Of a stretch of DNA of 28,796 nt, positions 17,342 through 27,556 are shown in pieces. Position 1 is the first letter of the stretch, and every line of letters begins with the position of its first letter. Location of the stretch: positions 1 through 28,796 of IMG/VR virus record IMGVR_UViG_3300017589_000077. One strand, 5' to 3'. The stretch comes from a virus (Duplodnaviria > Caudoviricetes). Below the pieces are notes generated by a model. The model made no database searches. It had not been told where the DNA came from and saw only the letters and a list, made by a program, of their open reading frames with translations. A program made the translations under genes and the position numbers.

Positions 17342-20050
17342 ATGGCAAAAGGCTTGAAAGGTATCACAGTAGAAATAGATGGAAACGTGCAGCCACTAAA
17401 TAAAGCTTTAACATCTGTTAATGCAAACGCAAAAAGCTTACAAAGTGAGTTGAAGGGTGTAAATACCCTGTTAAAGACTGATCCGTCTAACGTGGAACTA
17501 CAAGCACAAAAGCAAGTGATATTAAGCGATGCAATTAGCGAAACGGAAGCAAAGCTTAAATTACTTGCACAGGCTGAAAAAGATGCAGCGGCAGCAGGGA
17601 AAGACATAAACGATGAAGGTTACAGGAATTTACAGCGCGAAATAATCTTAACCAAGACAAAGCTTGATGATCTAAAAGGTCAACAGGCAACATTCCAGAA
17701 ATTATCTACAGCAGCAGAAACATTCGGAACTAAAATAGCAAATATTGCTAACAAAATTCCGGTCGTGAATAAGCTTGCATCAGCTTTTGGAAGTGTAAAA
17801 GATAAAATTACAGATGCAGTATCAAAGAATGAAAAGATAGAAAAAATAGGTAAGTCTGTACAGTCAGCAAAAGACAAGGTGGGACAGCTTGCCGAAAAGA
17901 TACCAGTTATTGGAAAGATCGGTACCGCGTTTCAAGGAGCAGGAGAAGCCGTTGAGAAAGTAAAAGAAAAGCTTCCACCACTTTCAACAGCAATAAAAGC
18001 AACAGGAGAAGCCGCAGCATCAGCAGCAAAGGGTGGTTTTACTGTATTAACATCAGTTGTCGGTGGGACTGTGAAAGCTGTAGCTGGATTTGGTACAGCA
18101 GCAGGGGCAGCACTTATATCAGTTGCAAAACAGGCTATTACACAATATGCAGATTATGAGCAGCTTGTAGGTGGAGTTGAGACTCTTTTTAAGGGGTCGG
18201 CAGGGACGGTTGAGAAATATGCAGACAATGCATATAAAACAGCAGGACTTTCAGCAAATGCCTACATGGAAACAGTCACAAGCTTTTCAGCATCATTGTT
18301 GCAAAGTATGAATGGCGATACAGAAGCGGCAGCCAAAAAAGCAGATTTAGCAATCACAGATATGGCAGACAATGCAAATAAGATGGGTACTAGCATGGAT
18401 AGTATTCAGACGACATATCAGGGATTCGCAAAACAAAACTTTACGATGCTAGATAACCTAAAGCTTGGGTATGGTGGAACAAAAGAAGAAATGCAAAGAC
18501 TTCTTAGCGATGCCACAAAGCTTTCCGGTGTTAAGTATGATGTATCATCCTATGCGGACATTGTGGATGCAATACATGTTGTTCAAACAGAAATGGGAAT
18601 AACAGGTACGACCGCAAAAGAAGCAAGTTCAACAATTTCTGGATCAATCAGTTCAACAAAAGCAGCATGGGGAAATCTTCTGACAGGATTTGCAAACGAT
18701 GAAGCTGACGTTGGAGCATTGATTGATGATCTTATGGATTCAGTTATTTCAGTACTGGATAATCTGGCACCAAGAGTACTTCAATCTGTGGGATCTATTA
18801 TTGCAGCAGCACCGGAACTGATAGGCAGATTAAGCGAAGTAATAATGGGGTTAATGGGACAGGCAGAAGGCATGCTGGGGGGATTGATAGATCCTCTAAT
18901 TAACGGGTTTTTTGGACTTCTTGATTCGGCTATAGCAATGATGCCAACACTCATGCCAAAGCTTTTAAATGCTGCAATTACTGTCTTTTCGGGACTGCTT
19001 AATGGACTTAATCAAACGATTCCAAAACTTATGGCAATGATACCTACACTAATCACAAGCATGACAGGAACACTTACAGCAAATTTACCGCAGATCATTA
19101 CAGCTGGTATTCAAATATTAGTAAATCTAATAAATGGAATTACAAATGCAGTGCCTTCACTTATTATGGCAATCGTTGCATTGATTCCAGTGATTGTTAC
19201 AGCGGTATTAGACAATCTTCCAGCAATTATTACAGCAGGGTTAAATCTACTGATTGCACTTATAACTGGAATAATTGATGCAATACCACAATTAATTGCT
19301 ATGCTTCCAACTATTATTACAACAATAGTGCAGACACTTCTTACAATGTTGCCACAAATAATCATGGCTGGCATACAGCTTTTAACTGCATTAACGAATG
19401 GGCTAGTACAAGCTATTCCAACATTGGTTTTGATGTTACCGCAGATCATTTCAAGTATTATTAATACCTTGATAATGAACTTGCCGCAGATTATTTCGGC
19501 AGGAATTCAGCTTTTAGGAGCATTAGTTAGCGGATTGATCCAGGCAATTCCAGCACTCATAGCAGCACTTCCGCAGATTGTAACAGCAATATTTGATACG
19601 CTGGGGGCAATTAACTGGGGTGAACTTGGAACAAACATCATAGCAGGAATTAAAGACGGTGTTATAAGTGCCGCACAGGGTTTGGCACAGGCAGTAGCAG
19701 ACGCAGCCAGAGCAGCACTGGACGCAGCAAAATCAGCACTTGGAATACACAGTCCTTCGAGAGTGTTCAGGGATGAAGTAGGAAAACAGATGGCGGCAGG
19801 TATGGCCATCGGATTTGAAGAAGAGAACGCAAACAGGGCAGCAGAAATGGCAAACAGCATCCCGACCACATTTGACGGATACATGGCAGCAAATAAGAGT
19901 ACTGCTACATACAGTCAGGAAGCAGCAGGGGCAGCAGGATTCACACAAAATATCACAATCAACAGTCCAAAAGAGGTATCTCCTAGCGAAACAGCACGTC
20001 AGACAAGAAATGCAACAAGACAAATGGTACTTAAATTACAGAGGGCGTAA
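17342..20050 (+). CDS. Tape measure protein
   Basis: 902 aa, Ala-rich helical; periodic LPQII.AG..LL..L..G repeats; LGIHSPSRVF near the C-terminus. Confidence 0.95.
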   Translation: MAKGLKGITVEIDGNVQPLNKALTSVNANAKSLQSELKGVNTLLKTDPSNVELQAQKQVILSDAISETEAKLKLLAQAEKDAAAAGKDINDEGYRNLQREIILTKTKLDDLKGQQATFQKLSTAAETFGTKIANIANKIPVVNKLASAFGSVKDKITDAVSKNEKIEKIGKSVQSAKDKVGQLAEKIPVIGKIGTAFQGAGEAVEKVKEKLPPLSTAIKATGEAAASAAKGGFTVLTSVVGGTVKAVAGFGTAAGAALISVAKQAITQYADYEQLVGGVETLFKGSAGTVEKYADNAYKTAGLSANAYMETVTSFSASLLQSMNGDTEAAAKKADLAITDMADNANKMGTSMDSIQTTYQGFAKQNFTMLDNLKLGYGGTKEEMQRLLSDATKLSGVKYDVSSYADIVDAIHVVQTEMGITGTTAKEASSTISGSISSTKAAWGNLLTGFANDEADVGALIDDLMDSVISVLDNLAPRVLQSVGSIIAAAPELIGRLSEVIMGLMGQAEGMLGGLIDPLINGFFGLLDSAIAMMPTLMPKLLNAAITVFSGLLNGLNQTIPKLMAMIPTLITSMTGTLTANLPQIITAGIQILVNLINGITNAVPSLIMAIVALIPVIVTAVLDNLPAIITAGLNLLIALITGIIDAIPQLIAMLPTIITTIVQTLLTMLPQIIMAGIQLLTALTNGLVQAIPTLVLMLPQIISSIINTLIMNLPQIISAGIQLLGALVSGLIQAIPALIAALPQIVTAIFDTLGAINWGELGTNIIAGIKDGVISAAQGLAQAVADAARAALDAAKSALGIHSPSRVFRDEVGKQMAAGMAIGFEEENANRAAEMANSIPTTFDGYMAANKSTATYSQEAAGAAGFTQNITINSPKEVSPSETARQTRNATRQMVLKLQRA

Positions 20051-20052
20051 AA

Positions 20053-20913
20053 ATGAAGTCTATAAAATGCGTAAACAGCAATGGAATAGCAGCTGTCTTT
20101 ACTTATGATCATGATAGCACAGAATATTTTCTTGTGTCACTTGATGGTGTCTACAGCATTAGAAATACGATCAACACAACGAAAAATGCAACTTCGGACG
20201 GATCAAACTATAGTGGTGAAGGGCTGGAACAAAGAAACATTGTTATTACAGCAAATATTATTAGAAATTACAGAGAAAACCGCGACATTTTGTCGCGTGT
20301 TTTCAAAGTACATTCGGAAGGCACTTTCTATCATACAGAGGAAGGCGAAACGCGAAAGATAGAATACAGAGTTGAATCAATTGACTTTTCAGAAACGGGA
20401 GTGATCCGTCCAGTCACAATTTCACTTATATGCCCTGATCCATACTTTAAAGATAGTGAAGTGACAAATATTGACATGTCAAGCTGGGAAGATGATTTCG
20501 AAATGGAATTTGAACTGTCCGAAGATGGAATTGAATTTGGAATAAGAAAAAAAGATGAAATAAAAGTTGTGGACAATGACAGTACAACAGACGTCGGAAT
20601 TATTTTAACAATCATTGCAGATGGTGAAGTAATAAACCCAGCCATATTGAATGTAACAACAGGGGAATCACTAAAATTACTGTGTACAATGCTTCCAGAA
20701 GACAAAATAACAATCACAACAGAGCAGGGCAATATAAATGTGTTATTGACAAGAAACGGGACAGAAATTGATTACAATTACACAGTGGATGAAGACAACG
20801 AAGGGTACATACAGTTACAGTCTGGAAGGAATTATATTAACTATACAGCAGAAGAAGGAACAGAGTATATGAATGTGTCCTTTAAGTATGAAAACAGCTA
20901 TGTGATGCCGTAA
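20053..20913 (+). CDS. Distal tail protein (Dit)
   Basis: Follows TMP; ISLICPDPYF and LQSGRNYI motifs. Confidence 0.85.
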   Translation: MKSIKCVNSNGIAAVFTYDHDSTEYFLVSLDGVYSIRNTINTTKNATSDGSNYSGEGLEQRNIVITANIIRNYRENRDILSRVFKVHSEGTFYHTEEGETRKIEYRVESIDFSETGVIRPVTISLICPDPYFKDSEVTNIDMSSWEDDFEMEFELSEDGIEFGIRKKDEIKVVDNDSTTDVGIILTIIADGEVINPAILNVTTGESLKLLCTMLPEDKITITTEQGNINVLLTRNGTEIDYNYTVDEDNEGYIQLQSGRNYINYTAEEGTEYMNVSFKYENSYVMP

Positions 20914-20924
20914 GGGGTGAATAA

Positions 20925-22022
20925 ATGGCAGTGCAATCGGCAGTAGAAATGAGACAGACAAAGCAGATAAAGATCTATGATGGTGCATTAAAAAGAAAAG
21001 GCGTTATTGATGTGTTTAGATCTCTTATCTGGACAAGGAAGTATTTTGAAGCAGGGACAGTGGAACTTCACGCATCATTAAATAGCAGGAATCTTGATTT
21101 GCTAAAAGAAGGCAATATTATCACCATGACGGGATCTTTAGAAAGTGCATTTGTTGAAGGAATCGCAGTGGATGATTACAGTAACGAAATAACAGCGACC
21201 GGAAGAATGTTATCATCTGGACTAAATAGAAGAGGTATTAATACAGTTGTAATTTTTACAGATGGAACATATGAAGAAGCAATGCGACAACTAGTGACAA
21301 TAGCTGCAATAAGTGCAACAGAGCCACTAATAGGCTTGCAGCTTGGAACGGCAGCAGGACTGGGAGATCTAGTTACATTTCAAGTGAGTTACAAAGAGTT
21401 ATATTCATATCTTTGCAAATTATCTAAATGTTGCAATTTAGGTTTTCGGATAAGGGCAGATTACAAGCACAAGATATTTTATTTTGAAGTATACAAGGGT
21501 GTTGATCATAGCAAAAGCCAAACAATCAATAAAAGGGTTATCTTTTCAGAAGTATTTAAAAATATTAATCAGGCAACATTTGTTAGCAACAATCAGAACA
21601 TGAAAACACATGCAATCGTTCTCGGAGAAGGTGAAGGAGCAAGCAGAGTGAAAGTGATTGCAACAGTTGACGAAATGGCAGCAGGATGGGAGCGAAGAGA
21701 ATTGATTGTTGATGCCGCAGACATTTCAAGCGATGGAATAACAACAGCCCAGTATCAAGCAGCATTAATGCAAAGAGGTATTGAGAAACTAGCTGAATGC
21801 GGAATTGTTGAATGTTTAGAAGCTACCACCCTTCCTTTTGTGAATTTCTCTTATAAGAAAGATTATAACCTTGGTGATATTGTGACGGTTAATAAGAAGG
21901 CATGGGGAATTGAAGCTGATAAAAGAATAACAGAAATCCAAGAAATTTATGAAAATGGTGGCTTTATGATTGTACCAACATTTGGAGATCCACTCCCAGA
22001 AACAGTAGATCTAAACAGTTAA
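20925..22022 (+). CDS. Baseplate hub / Tal-like protein (ReqiPepy6 gp37-like)
   Basis: SLIWTRKYFEAG, GEGEGASR, RRELIVDA, DYNLGDIVTV, PTFG. Confidence 0.85.
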   Translation: MAVQSAVEMRQTKQIKIYDGALKRKGVIDVFRSLIWTRKYFEAGTVELHASLNSRNLDLLKEGNIITMTGSLESAFVEGIAVDDYSNEITATGRMLSSGLNRRGINTVVIFTDGTYEEAMRQLVTIAAISATEPLIGLQLGTAAGLGDLVTFQVSYKELYSYLCKLSKCCNLGFRIRADYKHKIFYFEVYKGVDHSKSQTINKRVIFSEVFKNINQATFVSNNQNMKTHAIVLGEGEGASRVKVIATVDEMAAGWERRELIVDAADISSDGITTAQYQAALMQRGIEKLAECGIVECLEATTLPFVNFSYKKDYNLGDIVTVNKKAWGIEADKRITEIQEIYENGGFMIVPTFGDPLPETVDLNS

Positions 22023-22037
22023 AAGAAAGGAACTGAA

Positions 22038-23009
22038 ATGGCAGAAATATATAGTTTTTTTAACTCTAAGAACAGTGATAGAAAATATAATGCAAAACAC
22101 TGGGCTGATTATTTCAAGCCGCTTTTTAAGAATGGTGTTTTCAATGGTGGGCTACAGGTTACTGCAAATGATGATATGTCAATAACAATCAATGAAGGCT
22201 ATGCATGGATTGATGGTTATGCCTATCATTTAGATGCACCACTGACTTTTGATCTTGAAACAGCAAGCGGCAACATGAACCGTATGGATAATATCGTAAT
22301 ACGTCTTGATACTGCTAATAGGTGGGTAAGAGCATTTCTCGTGACCGGATCATATTATGCAGGGGCAACAGTAGCACCGGAAATTGTAAGAAGCACAACC
22401 ATAGACGAAAGATGCTTGTGTCAAATACCTATCCCATCAGGAACGACAAAAGTTACTCAGTCAATGATTAATGATACCAGAGCAGATGCAGTGAAATGTG
22501 GATGGGTTACTGGTGCGGTAGATCAGATTGATCTAGAGCAAATCACACTTCAATTCAATACATTTTTTGCAGAGTACAAAGCTGAAATTCAAAACCAGTA
22601 TGAAATATATCATAATAACATAGTTACCTATGAAACAGAACAAAAGGCAGATTTTGAAGCATGGGTGGAAAGTGTAAAGGATATTCTGGACACAAATGTA
22701 GCAGGGAATCTTCTTCTATTGATTGAACAGAAAATGAAAAAAATTACGATACAGGTAATTAATGGTGCGTTATCATTTGCAATCGAAGAAGAATTACAGC
22801 TGGCAATAGAAGACTTCATTACTAAAGAAACTGTTTTAAATGCAGATGGAACAACCACTTGCACAGACAGTGAAGGAAATAAAAAAGTGACAACAAAAGG
22901 GAATGGAATCATAACCAGTGTGTACACAATGAAAAGCGGAAAAGTTTATACAAAAACGATTACATTAAGCAGCAATAAAATCACTCAAAGGATTGTACTG
23001 AATGCTTAA
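22038..23009 (+). CDS. Baseplate upper / minor tail protein
   Basis: FFNS..DRKYNA...GLQV...GYAWIDGY N-domain, coiled-coil middle; synteny. Confidence 0.7.
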   Translation: MAEIYSFFNSKNSDRKYNAKHWADYFKPLFKNGVFNGGLQVTANDDMSITINEGYAWIDGYAYHLDAPLTFDLETASGNMNRMDNIVIRLDTANRWVRAFLVTGSYYAGATVAPEIVRSTTIDERCLCQIPIPSGTTKVTQSMINDTRADAVKCGWVTGAVDQIDLEQITLQFNTFFAEYKAEIQNQYEIYHNNIVTYETEQKADFEAWVESVKDILDTNVAGNLLLLIEQKMKKITIQVINGALSFAIEEELQLAIEDFITKETVLNADGTTTCTDSEGNKKVTTKGNGIITSVYTMKSGKVYTKTITLSSNKITQRIVLNA

Positions 23010-23036
23010 TTGCAAAGGAAACGGGGGAATAAAAAA

Positions 23037-24236
23037 ATGTCAATGGATGAAGCGTTAATTGTTGCAATGTGTAAAGTTGTCGTAATTGGAAAAGTACAGT
23101 CGCTTGTTGGTCAAACTGTAATGATTACAGATGGAAGCACTCAATATACTGGTGTGTTCGGATCTGATCTTGTTGTTACATTTGATGTGTGGAGTACAAA
23201 GAAATATACGGTAACAGCAGGTGCGTTTTCAGAAGTAGTTATAGTCGGGAGTGGGCAATATGTAGAAGTTGAACTTGGAGCGTTTGACAGGTTGTGGATA
23301 TATAATAGAGGTAAGCAAGATTTTGATTTAACTGGTGGATTTTATCGTTCTATTGATGGAGCAAATGCAAATAGGAGCTATGCTGAATTAGCTACGTACG
23401 ATAATAGCATTATAGGAAGTAATGCTGCCGGTTTATATACAGGTAAGCAAGTGGATGTGACAGGGTATAAAACACTGTGGGTACAAATAAACCCAATACC
23501 GGCAGTAACATATTGTGCGATGGTAGTAGGATTAGCAACAGGACAGACTATGTCTACTGCCGTGTGGAAAAAATATGTTAATTCATTTTGGTCAAGTTTT
23601 GACAAAGAAACATGGGTACCGCTAGATATATCTGAACTAAGTGGTTTGCATTATGTTTTTGGATTTGCAAGTAATGGAAATGGTTCAACTCCTTCTGGCT
23701 ATATAGTTATTAGAAGATTGTTTTTATCAAAAGATACAGTAACTCCATTAATAGCACGTTCTACTTCATTACTAAATCCTGCTCCGTTTATTGGTGGAAC
23801 AGTAACCGCTGATAGTGTTTTTAGTGGATGGCAAATATCTGGTGCCATTAGAAGACAAGATAATAATTATGATACAAATACGTATAGTGGGACGGATATG
23901 TGGTCAAGTCTAGCGACAGGTACAGATAGATGGTATAAAGTAATTTTTGATACTGCTAAAGTTGCAAATATAGTGCGTGTAGATATGGCGTATAGTATAG
24001 CAGCAAACAATGTCGAATTACTGGGCTCTAATGACGATATTAATTATACTTCGCTAACGACATTAGTCTTTGCATCAAGTGTACATTCTAATATTAAGTT
24101 ATTTAATAATACTGTAGCATATAAGTATTATAAATTAAAATTTACTAATATGCGTTCCGGAAACCAAGTAGGTTTAACTGGTGTACAGTTGTATAGTTGT
24201 AATAACTTAACTAAAGTATATAAAGACTTAAATTAA
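23037..24236 (+). CDS. Putative receptor-binding protein with a C-terminal discoidin (F5/8)-like domain
   Basis: Beta-rich; WSS....RWYKVIFD...ELLGSND..NYTSL...AYKYYKLKF; last large tail gene; start ATG 23037. Confidence 0.65.
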   Translation: MSMDEALIVAMCKVVVIGKVQSLVGQTVMITDGSTQYTGVFGSDLVVTFDVWSTKKYTVTAGAFSEVVIVGSGQYVEVELGAFDRLWIYNRGKQDFDLTGGFYRSIDGANANRSYAELATYDNSIIGSNAAGLYTGKQVDVTGYKTLWVQINPIPAVTYCAMVVGLATGQTMSTAVWKKYVNSFWSSFDKETWVPLDISELSGLHYVFGFASNGNGSTPSGYIVIRRLFLSKDTVTPLIARSTSLLNPAPFIGGTVTADSVFSGWQISGAIRRQDNNYDTNTYSGTDMWSSLATGTDRWYKVIFDTAKVANIVRVDMAYSIAANNVELLGSNDDINYTSLTTLVFASSVHSNIKLFNNTVAYKYYKLKFTNMRSGNQVGLTGVQLYSCNNLTKVYKDLN

Positions 24237-24248
24237 AGAAGGTACAAG

Positions 24249-24431
24249 ATGATAAATTTAGTAAGTAATAATCGTTGTGAACATTGTGGAAATCCGGATA
24301 ATAAGACTTGCTATACTGTAACATCTTTTCCGGATTCTACTGTTCCATCAATGACTGTTTGTGAGGATTGTTTAAAAGAACTGGGTGAAGAAATAGCACA
24401 GGCTTTTAGTAGTACGGTTACTACAGAATAG
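24249..24431 (+). CDS. Small CxxC...CxxC protein
   Basis: CEHC and CEDC; GAAGGT RBS. Confidence 0.65.
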   Translation: MINLVSNNRCEHCGNPDNKTCYTVTSFPDSTVPSMTVCEDCLKELGEEIAQAFSSTVTTE

Positions 24432-24524
24432 TAAGTAATCAAACCCCGATAACTATACCCAAGAGCATATAAAAATCAAGAAAGGAAATGCAATGAGTAA
24501 AAGAAATTAGCAGGGGGAACGATT

Positions 24525-24956
24525 GTGCCGACAATGGAAGACATAAAATGTATATTTACACAAGTGGCAGCAGTACTGGGAATAGTAGGTATCTTTATTG
24601 AGATTACACCAATTCCAATAAATCCTATATCAATTATTTTGGGATGGATAGGAAAGCAAATTAACAGCGAAATGAAAAACGATATGAGGAATCTGGAAGA
24701 GAAGATTACAAAGCTAGCAAGAAGGGTTGATGAAAAAGAAATCGACGATCTACGCTGGGAAATTCTTGATTTTTCTAATTCGTGCATGAACGGGCGTCTT
24801 CATACAAAAGGAGAATTCGATCACATCGTTAGCCAGAATCAAAAGTATCATAGAATACTTGAAGAAAATGGGATGAAAAATGGACAGGTGGAAATCGAAT
24901 ATAAAAATATCGAAAGGATATACCAGAAATGCATAGAAAGGAACAATTTTCTTTAA
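24525..24956 (+). CDS. Lysis-cassette membrane protein (holin-associated)
   Basis: N-terminal TM, coiled coil, LRWEILDF motif; upstream of the endolysin. Confidence 0.7.
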   Translation: MPTMEDIKCIFTQVAAVLGIVGIFIEITPIPINPISIILGWIGKQINSEMKNDMRNLEEKITKLARRVDEKEIDDLRWEILDFSNSCMNGRLHTKGEFDHIVSQNQKYHRILEENGMKNGQVEIEYKNIERIYQKCIERNNFL

Positions 24957-25279
24957 GAAAGAATAATGATAAGATGCTGGGCTGGATTTGGGAGTTTACA
25001 AAGAAGGTTGTGACGATCGTAACGGTGTTATATATACTTTCTTTCATTTATTCAATGTATGTCATTATGCACTATATAAATGCGACTTCTGGGTACGCAT
25101 CCTGTCTTGATACGATGATCACAGAGTATAACGAAACATTTAGAAATGTGGTAGGCGGGTACTTGATCAAAGCAGGTGTTGAGAATGTAAGTAAAATAGT
25201 TTCTTCGAAAATTGGATCTGTCTCTGGGGAAGTATCGGGATCGGATGCAGATGGACAAATAATTGAAAGTGGGGAATAA
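24929..25279 (+). CDS. Membrane protein in the lysis cassette (start uncertain)
   Basis: EFTKK-TM...YLIKAGVEN. Confidence 0.6.
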   Translation: MHRKEQFSLRKNNDKMLGWIWEFTKKVVTIVTVLYILSFIYSMYVIMHYINATSGYASCLDTMITEYNETFRNVVGGYLIKAGVENVSKIVSSKIGSVSGEVSGSDADGQIIESGE

Positions 25280-25284
25280 GGAAT

Positions 25285-25629
25285 ATGAAAAATAAAATAA
25301 TGAATATGTTATCAAGGAAATTCATCCTGACAATGATTGCAACCGTAATAGGAATTGCTACAATGGCAACAAATACGGATAACGTGAAAGTACAGATAGC
25401 TGGTCTTGTAGTAATACTGATTGCGCAGGTGGTTTATAACATCATCGAAGGAACGATTGATGCGAAATCAATGATCACATTATCAGCGCAGACGTTAACC
25501 ACAATATCAGAACTTTTGAAGGCTTCAAATAGCACGACTGTTATAACAACAACTCAAACAGAAACAGACGTACAGAAGGCACTGGAAGCAGTAAAAAAAG
25601 CTACAGAAGCGGCAGCATTCACAAAATAA
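25285..25629 (+). CDS. Holin-like protein
   Basis: LSRKF followed by two TM segments and IIEGTIDAK; directly before the endolysin. Confidence 0.75.
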   Translation: MKNKIMNMLSRKFILTMIATVIGIATMATNTDNVKVQIAGLVVILIAQVVYNIIEGTIDAKSMITLSAQTLTTISELLKASNSTTVITTTQTETDVQKALEAVKKATEAAAFTK

Positions 25630-25667
25630 CAAATAATAATGTAAAACATTTGAGAGGAAAACATACA

Positions 25668-26519
25668 ATGAGTGTAAAAGCATACAGTAAAAAGAGCAAT
25701 GGAAACACTGCTTTGTCTGCAAATTTCAAAGTTAAAGAATTTTGCTGCAATGATGGAAGCGACACTATTTTAATAGATAGTGCACTGGTAGAGATATTAC
25801 AGAAGATCAGAAGCCACTTTAACAAATCAGTATCAATTAATTCTGCATATAGGACAGCTGCATATAATGCAAAGGTAGGTGGCGAAAAATCAAGTTATCA
25901 TATCAAAGGACAGGCAGCGGATATTGTTGTAAGTGGAACAAATGTTGCAGAAGTTGCAAAATATGCAGAGAGCATCGGAGTACTGGGAATCGGACTTTAT
26001 AGCAGTTTTGTTCATGTTGATACCAGGGCAACAAAGTTCTACTGGAAAAATAATGACAGCAATAGCGTAAGCACTTTTGGCGGGGCAGCAGCTACAACAA
26101 CAGCTTCCACAATGAAAACAAGCGATACAGGAATAGAAATGATCAAGCAGCTTGAAGGATTCGAAAAGGAAGCATACAAAGACAGCAAAGGCATATGGAC
26201 AATAGGGTATGGACACACAAGTGGAGTGAAGCAAGGGCAGAAGATCACAGCAGATCAGGCAGTAGCATTTTTAAAAGCGGATCTGGCAACAGCGGAAGCA
26301 GCAGTAAACAGTAAAAAAATGGGACTGAATCAGAACCAATTTGATGCACTGGTGTCATTTACATTTAATTGTGGGGCAGGAAATCTTGATTCATTGGTCA
26401 ATGGAAGGACGCTTCCTGTAATTGCAGAGAAAATGTTGTTATACAATAAAGCTGGCGGGAAAAAGCTTGCAGGACTTGTAAGAAGAAGAAAAGCAGAGTA
26501 CGATTTGTTTAAAAAATAA
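25668..26519 (+). CDS. Endolysin: peptidase M15A domain plus GH24 lysozyme domain
   Basis: SAYRT..N..VGG...SYHIKGQAADI...FVHVDTR, AAATTTAST linker, LEGFEKEAYKDSKGIWTIGYGHT (E-x8-D-x5-T), GLVRRRKAE. Confidence 0.92.
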   Translation: MSVKAYSKKSNGNTALSANFKVKEFCCNDGSDTILIDSALVEILQKIRSHFNKSVSINSAYRTAAYNAKVGGEKSSYHIKGQAADIVVSGTNVAEVAKYAESIGVLGIGLYSSFVHVDTRATKFYWKNNDSNSVSTFGGAAATTTASTMKTSDTGIEMIKQLEGFEKEAYKDSKGIWTIGYGHTSGVKQGQKITADQAVAFLKADLATAEAAVNSKKMGLNQNQFDALVSFTFNCGAGNLDSLVNGRTLPVIAEKMLLYNKAGGKKLAGLVRRRKAEYDLFKK

Positions 26520-26528
26520 AGTATAGAA

Positions 26529-26565
26529 AGAAGTTTGCAGGAAATAACTTGCAGACTTCTTTTTT
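26529..26565 (+). terminator. Late-operon terminator
   Basis: AGAAGTTTGCAGG-aaataa-CTTGCAGACTTCT-TTTTT. Confidence 0.8.
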
Positions 26566-26576
26566 AGTGTTAAAAT
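26549..26576 (+). promoter_or_regulatory. Putative SigA promoter for the accessory genes, overlapping the terminator
   Basis: TTGCAG-16 bp-TAAAAT with an extended -10 TG. Confidence 0.5.
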
Positions 26577-26614
26577 TATAATAAATAAAATTGAAAGCAG
26601 AAGGGATAATACGG

Positions 26615-27472
26615 ATGCAGTTTATTAATGAATTTCTAAAAAGTTGGAGAAAAAGCACAGCTGAAAAAATATCATTTTGGCTATTTATTGCAAGTTTGAT
26701 TATGGCGATTATTGCATTTATGCCATATGGTTTTTTTGATGAAAATACAACGAACAATATAAATAATGTTTTAATTGGTCTTGCGACAAACATGATAGGA
26801 ATCATTATAACAATTTCTTTTGTTCAATATTTTTTAGATATTCAGAAAACAAAAAATGAACGTGAGGAAGAAGAAAAATTACTTATCAGATCATATAGAA
26901 GTATAAAGTTTATAATTGATAGATATACAATTTATTTTTATAGAATTACAACGCCATTTGCAAAAGATCAAGACGATGAATTTATATTAAAAGAGGAATT
27001 TAGTTTTGAAGATATGTGTGATATGCATTATATATCAGCAAGCATGTATGATCATATTTTTGATTCTTCTATATCTTTATTTTTTAAACAAGAGTATATT
27101 TTAAGGGAAAGTTTTTTATCTATACTTAATCATAACCAATTGAAATATAACAATGCTATTTTAGAAATATTAAGCCAATTTTTAGAACAATCATTTGAAA
27201 ATGATTTTAGTGGATTTATACTTGGAATGGACAAAGGACAATTCAGTGAAAAAAGACATTGCGATCAATTTATTAGAATGATAAAAGAATCTGGAAGCGA
27301 TTATATAAAAAGATATAACAATGAAGATACAACATTAGAATCAAATGGAATATTACCATATATACGTCTGTACTTTTTATTGAAAGAAGAAGCGAAACTT
27401 ATAAATAAATTTAAAACTGAAATGGAAAAATTAGTAATGAAATATGAAACAAAGCAGTATGACGCAGTATGA
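26615..27472 (+). CDS. AT-rich accessory protein with two N-terminal TM segments
   Basis: Two hydrophobic helices then a soluble helical domain; visibly more AT-rich than the structural genes. Confidence 0.75.
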   Translation: MQFINEFLKSWRKSTAEKISFWLFIASLIMAIIAFMPYGFFDENTTNNINNVLIGLATNMIGIIITISFVQYFLDIQKTKNEREEEEKLLIRSYRSIKFIIDRYTIYFYRITTPFAKDQDDEFILKEEFSFEDMCDMHYISASMYDHIFDSSISLFFKQEYILRESFLSILNHNQLKYNNAILEILSQFLEQSFENDFSGFILGMDKGQFSEKRHCDQFIRMIKESGSDYIKRYNNEDTTLESNGILPYIRLYFLLKEEAKLINKFKTEMEKLVMKYETKQYDAV

Positions 27473-27556
27473 AATGGTATGCGTAACAGACGAACAACTG
27501 ACAACTGACAAATGGAAGCCCATTTAAACAGTATTCGTACTTATCAAGGAGGGAAT

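Noticed and set aside
18900-19620. Periodic repeats in the tape measure gene
   Set aside because: These are ordinary protein-level TMP helical repeats, not a CRISPR or DNA repeat array
20471-20482. 12-bp palindrome TTGACATGTCAA in the Dit gene
   Set aside because: Single, short, unlike the 19-bp motif, and expected by chance in 29 kb
23037-24236. Diversity-generating retroelement or invertible tail-fibre switch
   Set aside because: No reverse transcriptase, template repeat, invertase or inverted duplicate cassette was seen in the window
1935-27504. Numerous - strand and alternative-frame ORFs in the ORF track
   Set aside because: They lie within well-supported + strand genes and lack recognisable motifs, so they are treated as shadow ORFs
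27494-27511. Tandem ACAACTG x2.5 between the accessory genes
   Set aside because: Too short to support a function; may be a slippage or insertion scar
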